Assembly (NCBI GenBank): GCA_027492035.1
Contig: JAOZFT010000018.1
Location: 1 to 30,114, forward strand
Reading direction: 5' to 3'
Length of the DNA stretch: 30,114 nt
From: Thermoproteota archaeon
GTDB lineage: Archaea > Korarchaeota > JAOZGF01 > JAOZFZ01
Below the pieces are notes generated by a model. The model ran no database searches. It was not told the DNA's origin and was given only the letters and a program-made list of their open reading frames with translations. The translations under genes and the position numbers were made by a program. Shown here in pieces: positions 8,683 through 15,867 of the stretch. Position 1 is the stretch's first letter. Each line of letters opens with the position of its first letter.

Positions 8683-9819
8683 TTAACTGCTCCATTTACT
8701 TTTAAGTTCTTCTAACTTAGCTATTCTGCCTTTTTCCAAGTACTCCGTAACTACTTCTTTTATTTTCTTCCCTACTCCGGGTATTTCTGCAAGTTTTCCT
8801 TCTTCATGAAGCGTTTTTATGTTTATTCTCAGCTCCTCAATTGTTTTTGCTGCTTTGTGGTATGCCCATGTAGCGTAAGGGTTCCTTCCCCTCATTTCAT
8901 AAAAGTAAGCTAATAAGAGTAGAGAATAAGAAACTTCAAAATTTTCTTTAAGTTCTCTGTCAAAGTTTGGAGGTTCAATATAATCTTTTATTTTGTATCT
9001 TTTGCATAGATTGAATGCTTTTTGGTTAATTTCGACCATGTACTCCTTTCTCGGTTCCTTATTTCCATCATAAAGTTCTTTATATCTCTCCATCAAATGG
9101 GGCCACTTTTTTCTTAACAAGTTGAGGAACCTTATTTTTTGATTGCTTCTTAAAGTCATTAACCCGTGCAGTAGATATTTTGCTTTTGCTTCAGCTGACT
9201 TCTTTATTACCTCCTTTAGGTTTTCTTCACTGTCTGAAATGAAAGGGATAATGGGTGTAAGCATTACTCCAGAGTTTACTCCTTCCTTCATAAGTTGCTT
9301 AACAAGGTTCAGCCTTTCCTCTGGTTCAGGCGCTAATGGTTCAAACACTTTCGCCAACTCTTCGCTAAAAGTTGTGATAGTGACTGTGACTGTGCACCAA
9401 GAAGTTTTTTGAATTTCTTTAAGCAACTCTATGTCTCTTAAAATTAAAGGTGACTTTGTTCCTAAATGGACAGGGAATTTCTTATTTAACAAAACCTTCA
9501 AAAGATTCTTTGTTATTTCATATTTTCTTTCAGCAGGTTGATAAGTGTCAGTTACTCCACCAAAAGCAATTACGTCCCTTTCAACTTTTTCTGTTTCTTT
9601 CTGCAAAGTTTCAGGTGCATTTACTTTAACATAAATTTTTCTAGAGAAGTCTTTGTAGTTTTCATGAACTAAGTATTTTTCTGTTATTGCGTCACAGTAG
9701 TTGCAAGCGAATTGACAGCCCTTGTAAGGGTTTAAAGTGTAAATGTTCCAGTACCAGTTATCTCTATATTCAAGTTTGTTTATTACTGTTTTACTTCTTA
9801 CCTCAACAAATTCCACCAT
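8683..9819 (-). CDS. SplB/Rv2578c-like (COG1533) radical SAM protein fused to a C-terminal PolX/Pol beta 8-kDa helix-hairpin-helix domain
   Basis: NPYKGCQFACNYC (CxxxCxxC), TDTYQPAE, TKSPLILRD, FEPLAP and PIIPFISD. The C-terminal AYHKAAKTIE...IPGVGKKI...EYLEKGRIAKLEELK matches the PolX N-terminal domain. Confidence 0.88.
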   Translation of the reverse strand: MVEFVEVRSKTVINKLEYRDNWYWNIYTLNPYKGCQFACNYCDAITEKYLVHENYKDFSRKIYVKVNAPETLQKETEKVERDVIAFGGVTDTYQPAERKYEITKNLLKVLLNKKFPVHLGTKSPLILRDIELLKEIQKTSWCTVTVTITTFSEELAKVFEPLAPEPEERLNLVKQLMKEGVNSGVMLTPIIPFISDSEENLKEVIKKSAEAKAKYLLHGLMTLRSNQKIRFLNLLRKKWPHLMERYKELYDGNKEPRKEYMVEINQKAFNLCKRYKIKDYIEPPNFDRELKENFEVSYSLLLLAYFYEMRGRNPYATWAYHKAAKTIEELRINIKTLHEEGKLAEIPGVGKKIKEVVTEYLEKGRIAKLEELKSKWSS

Positions 9820-9841
9820 ACTTTAAAGACCCCTTTTTAAA

Positions 9842-9883
9842 GGAAGAAAGTGACTGAGCAACTGTTCAGTCTTTCTTACTTCC
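9842..9883. repeat. Imperfect inverted repeat between the HEAT and radical SAM genes
   Basis: AAGAAAG-TG-ACTGAGCA-AC-TGTTCAGT-CTTTCTT. The core GACTGAGCA/TGTTCAGTC has one mismatch and is followed by a T run on the + strand. Confidence 0.6.
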
Positions 9884-9889
9884 TTTTTT

Positions 9890-11212
9890 TCATTTTTTAT
9901 GTTTCTTAAGTTCCTTAAGGCTTTTTTCAACCATTTTCATTGTTTCAGCGGTTCCTTTTATTTCTTTAAGTATTGTTTCAGCTTCATCCCTTCTTTTTTT
10001 CAATAATTTACATGTGTAAGCTGCAGTCCATTTCTTGTTATCATCTTTACCTTTAACCCATGCCTTAAGTTTTTGTAGGAAGGAATCTTCTTTGTTGATA
10101 ATGTTTCTGAGTGAAAAAGCAGCTGTTTTTCTTTGACTCTGTAGATTACTTCCAGCTAATGAATCAATTGTTACTAAAACTTCTTTGTTTTTGAAATAAA
10201 GGTGGGCTAAGCTGTCCCCGATGGACCTATTCACTATAGCCTTTTCGTCTCTGGAGTATTTCAATATTAATTTTAAGGTTTCTTCATTTATCTCTTGAAC
10301 ATTCCTTAAAATGTTTGCTCCAGCTTCTCTAACTTGCCAGTCGTCATCTTTCAGAGCCTTTCTCGAAAAATATAAAATTTTTCTGTCTTCTCCTTTGTAA
10401 ACAAGGCCAGCTGCAAGTACCGCTGTTCTTCTCACCAATCCTCTTTCATCTTTAACCAGATCCTCTAATAAAGGGAAAACATCAACCCCTATCCTGTTTA
10501 GTTCCCTTATTTCTTTCAAGGCCTTTCTTCTTTCACCAGCTTCCTTGTCAGCTGCCAAAGTTTTTATTTTTGAAACATTTAATGTTTGATTTGATGCTTG
10601 TCTTTTAGGGCTTTGTTGAAGAATGCTTTCCTGTTTACCTGGGTCAAGTTTCTTTATTCCGTGTTTAACGATTAGGAAAGTGTAGCGGTTGCCTTCCCTT
10701 AACCATTTCTTACATGTTTCTTCAACCAATTCAGGATCTACTTTCGTTATCTCCCTTAAAATATGGGAAACGGCGTCTCTTACATACTTGTCAGGTTCTG
10801 TCTTAACTTTTTCAATTATATATAGGATTTTCTGCGGTTTCCTCCTTGCAATAAACCTAAGAGACTCAACAGCTGCTCTTTTGACTTTTGAGTTATCATC
10901 CTCAACCCATTCACTCATTTCCTCCAAGAAATCCCTTTCTCTTTTGTGTGAAATCTCTGTTAACGCAGTGGCAACAGCTTCCCTCACTCGCCAATCATCA
11001 TCTGAAGCTGCTTCTTTTAAGGAATTAAAAGCTCTGGAAGGAGTTTGAGTGCCTATTTCGCCCAATAAGAAACAAGCTAAACTTCTCTCTTTCCAATCAC
11101 CATTTTCCAATTCTTTAACTAAACCTAAAATCTCCATTCCATAATTTTTAAACATTTCTTTAGCTAATTTTCTCTGTTCAGTTGATGACTTAGGAACCTG
11201 CAAAACTTTCAC
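9890..11212 (-). CDS. HEAT-repeat protein; N-terminal half resembles AlkC/AlkD-like DNA alkylation repair proteins; internally duplicated
   Basis: Repeats DDDWRVREAVA and DDDWQVREAGA. The segment W-x2-DDNSKVKRAAVESLR...EPDKYVRDAVSHILREITKVDPELV...W resembles the AlkC/AlkD HEAT-like repeats. Confidence 0.75.
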   Translation of the reverse strand: MKVLQVPKSSTEQRKLAKEMFKNYGMEILGLVKELENGDWKERSLACFLLGEIGTQTPSRAFNSLKEAASDDDWRVREAVATALTEISHKRERDFLEEMSEWVEDDNSKVKRAAVESLRFIARRKPQKILYIIEKVKTEPDKYVRDAVSHILREITKVDPELVEETCKKWLREGNRYTFLIVKHGIKKLDPGKQESILQQSPKRQASNQTLNVSKIKTLAADKEAGERRKALKEIRELNRIGVDVFPLLEDLVKDERGLVRRTAVLAAGLVYKGEDRKILYFSRKALKDDDWQVREAGANILRNVQEINEETLKLILKYSRDEKAIVNRSIGDSLAHLYFKNKEVLVTIDSLAGSNLQSQRKTAAFSLRNIINKEDSFLQKLKAWVKGKDDNKKWTAAYTCKLLKKRRDEAETILKEIKGTAETMKMVEKSLKELKKHKK

Positions 11213-11468
11213 CGTTCAGAATAAAGAAGAGAAGACAATTTTCTTCGATCAATACTTTAAAAAGTTCTTTTTGGAAAAGGAGGCATAAAACTTTTTTACA
11301 AGACATTTTACCGTCTTTAAAAATGCTTCAAAGATTTTTCCAAATTTTTTTACAAGTAATGCTGTGACACTTTAAATAAAAGATCTGTCCCTTCCTTCTA
11401 TTCTCTCTATAAAATGCAAGTTAGGGCAGGGTGTAAAGTCCTTTCTTGAATCCAGTATTTGCCGTCAA

Positions 11469-11603
11469 TTACTTACTTTTTGGTTGGAAATACTTGCACT
11501 CTCTGTCAGTTCTTACGTCCTTTATTCTTACATTGAAACAAGTTCCCTCGTTTGTTTCAGGATCCTCCTGTTTAAGAAATTTACAGTCAATGCATTTAAC
11601 CAT
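11469..11603 (-). CDS. 44-aa four-cysteine small protein (putative Fe-S or Zn binding), not in the ORF track
   Basis: Perfect GGAGGTGA RBS 4 nt before the ATG. Translation is MVKCIDCKFLKQEDPETNEGTCFNVRIKDVRTDRECKYFQPKSK*, with pattern CxxC-x14-C-x13-C. Confidence 0.8.
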   Translation of the reverse strand: MVKCIDCKFLKQEDPETNEGTCFNVRIKDVRTDRECKYFQPKSK

Positions 11604-11717
11604 TTCTTCACCTCCCTTCATTACTTAACCCTTTTTTAAATGTTGAATCATTTCAAGTTAGTTTTGTGATTAAGTTTAAATTTTTTGTTCAAAATAGTTT
11701 ATAATTGAATATAAAGG

Positions 11718-12734
11718 TTGTCACAAATGGAGCTTGATTCAATAAAAACTTTAGGTTTGAATGAAACTGAAACAAAGGTATACTTAACAATTTTAGGCAA
11801 TGAAAACTTAACAGCTTCGGAAGTACAGCGTTTATGTTCATTGTCTAAAGCAACTGTTTACTTAGCTTTGAAAAAACTAAAAGCAATTAATTTAATAACA
11901 GAGTCGGGTAATAACCCAAGAAGGTTTTCCGTAACAGGTGTCAAACCAATTTTACAGTTAAAAGAAGAAATAATGAATAAGGTTGAAGAGGAAACTTCTA
12001 AAGTTGTTGAACTGGTGAATGAGCAGCTTAACAAAAGAAAACATTTCTGTCAAGAAACTAGAAACAAAGTAGTGATTGGAGGCTTATTTTTCGGTAAAGA
12101 AAAAACTATTCATAAATTGGTAGAGTTAATTAGGGAAGCTAAAAAAGAGGTTTATCTGTCAAGCCTTCCTATATGGTTGCTTATGAAACTGAAGCCTCAC
12201 CTTGAAGAAGTGGAAAGGGAAAGAGGGGTAACTGTAAAAATTGCTGTTTCAGATGAAACCTTTATCCCGAAACAGTTGAGGAAGCTTCAAATGTTCCAAT
12301 TCACGTATTTCTTGCCGAAACAAACCGCCTTTTTAGTCAATGGAGAAAAATTCAACAATGGACAAGTATTTGTTGACAGATACCTTTTCGCCAATGTTTA
12401 TTTTAAGGGGGAGGAATTGATACTTGAGTACATTAAGTCACCCAGATGCACTAATTGTGTCCTAAATTTCATACAAAAAATAGCTGAAATAAACAGAAAA
12501 AACCCTGAACTGCAATACATAACCTCCAGAGAAGCTATACTTGTGAAACAGGCGTTAAAAGAAGGCTGCAGGTCAAAAAGGGAACTAAGTTTAGAAACAG
12601 GTTTAAGCGGGAAGAAAGTTAATGAAGCAATATCTCATCTTTTAAAAGAAGGAGCCATAACCCTCAAAAACAAAAAAGGGTATGTCGGCAGACCTAAAAC
12701 AATAGCTTGTCTCATTAAAGCAGATGAAACTTAG
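11718..12734 (+). CDS. TrmB-family transcriptional regulator with an additional C-terminal wHTH
   Basis: N-terminal TrmB HTH (LGLNETETKVYLTIL...VYLALKKL), effector-domain start LIREAKKEVYLS, and a C-terminal SKRELSLETGLSGKKVNEAISHLLKEG...GRPK. The start may be the ATG at 11727. Confidence 0.85.
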   Translation: MSQMELDSIKTLGLNETETKVYLTILGNENLTASEVQRLCSLSKATVYLALKKLKAINLITESGNNPRRFSVTGVKPILQLKEEIMNKVEEETSKVVELVNEQLNKRKHFCQETRNKVVIGGLFFGKEKTIHKLVELIREAKKEVYLSSLPIWLLMKLKPHLEEVERERGVTVKIAVSDETFIPKQLRKLQMFQFTYFLPKQTAFLVNGEKFNNGQVFVDRYLFANVYFKGEELILEYIKSPRCTNCVLNFIQKIAEINRKNPELQYITSREAILVKQALKEGCRSKRELSLETGLSGKKVNEAISHLLKEGAITLKNKKGYVGRPKTIACLIKADET

Positions 12735-13009
12735 TTTTCAGAAGCCTTTTTACAAGTCCATTAAACTAGGCACAGACCTTACACACGTCCTTTTTCAACC
12801 CCTTTTTCAACAGAGTTTCTAGAATCAAAGCTTTAAGTTTCAGAAAAAGTGTTAAACAGAAATTTTATTGTCGCCTGCCTCTTTCGAAGGTCTTTTAAAC
12901 ATAGGATTCTTTTGCTCAACTGAACTACCAGAAAACCTGTGGAGAAAATAGAGCCTTAAAGCATTGCTGTTTCAACAAACATTCCCTATTTTCATCTTGC
13001 TGTAAGGGC

Positions 13010-13420
13010 TTAAATTTCTCCGGTTGCTTCAGGGACACAGTCAAGTTTTTTAATGTAGGGTTTGATGTCAATTATGGGTGTGCCTTTCAAGGCATCTATT
13101 TCGTCAATTATTAAAGTGTTTCCTTTCCTTTCAAGCAATTTAGCACAGTAAATCCCTATCAAGTTTGGCCTGGAGGAGCTTCTTGTAGCGAAAACACCCC
13201 TTAAAGGTTTACTTAAGTTTTTTTGTGGATGAACAAGCAAAGTTTCCCTTTCCCTTCTTGAATCGTTTAAATGAAACCAGTAAAAAACAAGTATATGTGA
13301 GAAATCTTCTAAGCCCTTCAAACCTTCAGAGTATTTTTCGTAAATCACTAACTCTACATTTCCCTTCACTTTGTTTTTGATGAAGCCGATGGGGAAAATT
13401 TTGAAGTATGTAGTGCCCAT
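13010..13420 (-). CDS. tsaA: TrmO/TsaA-family SAM-binding tRNA m6t6A37 methyltransferase (short single-domain form)
   Basis: PIGFI, GLKGLEDFSHILVFYWFH, GVFATRSSSRPNLIG and DALKGTPIIDIKPY. Confidence 0.9.
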   Translation of the reverse strand: MGTTYFKIFPIGFIKNKVKGNVELVIYEKYSEGLKGLEDFSHILVFYWFHLNDSRRERETLLVHPQKNLSKPLRGVFATRSSSRPNLIGIYCAKLLERKGNTLIIDEIDALKGTPIIDIKPYIKKLDCVPEATGEI

Positions 13421-13566
13421 GCCTAACCAACTCTTGCTGAAGGCAATGCTTCCCCCTTTTTGTGGGTAATTTCAGCGCCTCCGCCTCTTACTTAACTAAA
13501 TTATTTAGTGACTGAGGAGGAGGGATTTTGAAAAAGGGTTTGAGAAAAAAGGAAAACCAAGTGATG

Positions 13567-14022
13567 TTAATAGTAAGGAGGGTTCCACCTGCCCATTCCC
13601 TTCCCCCTACCCATGCCTCTGCCCATGCCTCTACCCCTACCCATTCCACGGCCTGGACCGCGCAAACCAGGTGCTCCAGTTGCAGATAAAGGCTGAAGTT
13701 CACCCTTTAAGTACTTCTGCACAGCATCTCTAACTTTTAAACCAGCTCCTGGGAACATTTGGATTCCAGCCTGTTGAAAAGCAGCGAATACGTTTGGTCC
13801 AAAGTTGCCTGCAATAACAGCTCCTACTCCTTGGTTTATGATGAATTGTGCAGCTTGAACACCAGCTCCTGAAAAAGCTGAAGCGGCAGGGTTAGGTACC
13901 ACCTGTGAAGTTTTTATTTCTCCCCCTTGTGTCTCAACAATTGTAAACGTTCTACATCTCCCAAATACCGGGGAAACTAAATCATCTAAACCCCCATTTT
14001 CTGTTGCTACAGCGATTTTCAT
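13567..14022 (-). CDS. NifB/NifX-family (dinitrogenase FeMo-cofactor-binding domain) protein with Gly/Arg/Met-rich tail
   Basis: MKIAVAT...FGRCRTFTIVE...GAGVQAAQ...VIAGNFGPN, followed by GRGMGRGRGMGRGMGRGKGMGR. Confidence 0.9.
   Translation of the reverse strand: MKIAVATENGGLDDLVSPVFGRCRTFTIVETQGGEIKTSQVVPNPAASAFSGAGVQAAQFIINQGVGAVIAGNFGPNVFAAFQQAGIQMFPGAGLKVRDAVQKYLKGELQPLSATGAPGLRGPGRGMGRGRGMGRGMGRGKGMGRWNPPYY
13587..13655 (-). repeat. Coding low-complexity tandem repeat (GRGM)n
   Basis: Repeated cccatgcctct and ctaccc units on the + strand encode the GRGMGR tail. Confidence 0.7.
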
Positions 14023-14218
14023 GTTTTAACATCTCTCACAGAAAGTTTAGAAGAGACTTTTAAACCAGAACCTTCAAAGCATTTACAAAATTTTTTCTAT
14101 GGCAAAATAAGACTTTTATAAATAAAAAGTTTTCTGATTTGTCTCTGAAAAAATTAGAGTTTTGAACTGCAGCCTTTTTCAAAGCGTGTCCGCTACATTT
14201 ACATTAGAACATTTAGAT

Positions 14219-14632
14219 TCAGGGGAAGCTGTATGTTTTAAAGGTTTTAAGGAGGAATTTCGGTGTTTCTTCCACTCTAAATAGGTGACTTAAGCATTTA
14301 CAGTCGCTTGAACCAAATTTAGGGACAGGTATCCCTTCCCTACTTACTTCTTTAGCTACTGAACATTCCTCCCTTTTTCTGGTTTCTTTATAGAAAACTC
14401 TTCTAAGTTTCACTTCTGAGCAGTTCAGTAAGTAATCTATGTGCCAAAAAAACTTTTTATTCCCTTTCTTACTTGTTTTGATGTGTCTTTCAACTCTTTT
14501 CTCTAAATTGGTTAATGCTGAACCAACATATACATAAAATCCTTTTTCAAATCGCAGAAAACCAAGTTTACCTATCTCTAACTCCGCGTCTTTAGTTATT
14601 TCAATTAGGAGACAGTAAACCCCCTTCATCAA
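14219..14632 (-). CDS. GIY-YIG nuclease, DUF123 (Uri superfamily)
   Basis: GVYCLLI...GFYVYVGSA...RVERH...WHIDYLL...EC...FGSSDCKCLSHLF. Confidence 0.9.
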   Translation of the reverse strand: MMKGVYCLLIEITKDAELEIGKLGFLRFEKGFYVYVGSALTNLEKRVERHIKTSKKGNKKFFWHIDYLLNCSEVKLRRVFYKETRKREECSVAKEVSREGIPVPKFGSSDCKCLSHLFRVEETPKFLLKTFKTYSFP

Positions 14633-14833
14633 ATTTCAACTTTAACTTACTCAAAGCACTACTTAATTTTCAAGGTTTCCAAAGATTTTTAGGGCTTCCC
14701 TTAAAAAAAAGAACAAATCAAAAATTAAAATTTATAGAGACTAAAAATAGAAAAATTTATTTAAAAATTGCAGGGAAATTCCCTCTTTGCGTTTACAAAA
14801 AAGTAAAGGGAGGCAACATGGAGGCTGTTTCCT

Positions 14834-15475
14834 TTGGTTGAGTTGAAATCATTTGTGAAAAATTATGAGGATAAATCAGATGATAACGGCTTCCAATTCG
14901 TTTTCTATTGCGACAGATGCGGAAACGGTTACATAACCAGATACAAAAAGTATAGTTTGGCTAAGGTTTCATCTGCTTTAGGTGTTGCTAGCAGCTTGTT
15001 TGGAGGATTTTTTGGCAGGGGAGCTGAAGCTGCTGAAAAGGCAAGATCGTATCAATGGCATTCTGAACATGACAAAGCCTTTTTTGAAGCTGTTGAAGAA
15101 GCAAGGCCCCATTTCAAGCAGTGTCCAAAATGTAGTCGATGGGTTTGTTTCAAATGTTGGAATGATGCAGTGGGTTTATGTGTGGACTGTGCACCTAGAT
15201 TAACGGTTGAAACAGCTAAGTTAGCTGCTGAAACAAAAGTTAAGGCTGTAGAAAAATACATGGAGAAAAAACTTGAGGAGGGAGCCTTTTCAGGAGAAGT
15301 AAAAGCTGCTGCAGAAACAATGGTTACATGTCCAAGATGCGGGAAATTAACTAGGCCTGGTAAATTCTGTGAATTCTGCGGGGCTCCTTTAACTAAAAGG
15401 TATTGTCCGAAATGCGGAGCTGAAGTTTCACCTAATGCAAGGTTTTGTTCTAACTGTGGAGCAAGGCTTGTTTGA
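14834..15475 (+). CDS. Multi-zinc-ribbon protein with C-terminal double zinc ribbon (DZR)
   Basis: CxxC pairs CDRC, CPKC, CFKC, CVDC, CPRC, CEFC, CPKC and CSNC; GGAGG RBS before the TTG start. Confidence 0.88.
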   Translation: MVELKSFVKNYEDKSDDNGFQFVFYCDRCGNGYITRYKKYSLAKVSSALGVASSLFGGFFGRGAEAAEKARSYQWHSEHDKAFFEAVEEARPHFKQCPKCSRWVCFKCWNDAVGLCVDCAPRLTVETAKLAAETKVKAVEKYMEKKLEEGAFSGEVKAAAETMVTCPRCGKLTRPGKFCEFCGAPLTKRYCPKCGAEVSPNARFCSNCGARLV

Positions 15476-15499
15476 AGCTGAATCGAGGATGAAGCGGAT

Positions 15500-15859
15500 A
15501 TGTCCAGCATTGAAGAGTTAGAATTGGCTAAAAAAGAATTGGAGGAAAAGAAAAAGAAACTTGAATCAATGGCTGAAGAAGGGGTTTCGTGGGAGATTCT
15601 ACAGCCTAAAATAGAGGAATGTGAAGGAGAAATAAGGAAAATAAACGAGGAAATAGTTAAAAGGAAAATAGGGGAAAATGAAGTTGCCAGGTTAATGAAT
15701 GAAAAGGACAGAGTGCTTAGACAATTAGCAGTTTTAAAAGAAATGAAAGAAAGAGGAGAAATCTCTTCACAAACCTATAAATCAAAAGAAAAAGAGTTAA
15801 AAAATAAGTTGAATGAGATAGAAAGAAAACTTGTTGATGCACAACTTAACATGATATAG
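15500..15859 (+). CDS. Coiled-coil protein with SHOCT/CdvA-like helical hairpin motif(s)
   Basis: Heptad-rich sequence containing LKEMKERGEISSQTY and a degenerate copy LESMAEEGVS; GAGG RBS; 24 bp after the DZR gene. Confidence 0.65.
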   Translation: MSSIEELELAKKELEEKKKKLESMAEEGVSWEILQPKIEECEGEIRKINEEIVKRKIGENEVARLMNEKDRVLRQLAVLKEMKERGEISSQTYKSKEKELKNKLNEIERKLVDAQLNMI

Positions 15860-15867
15860 AAAACCAG

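Noticed and set aside
11446-11628. 60-aa plus-strand ORF
   Set aside because: It is the antisense shadow of the better-supported 44-aa Cys protein, which has a perfect RBS.
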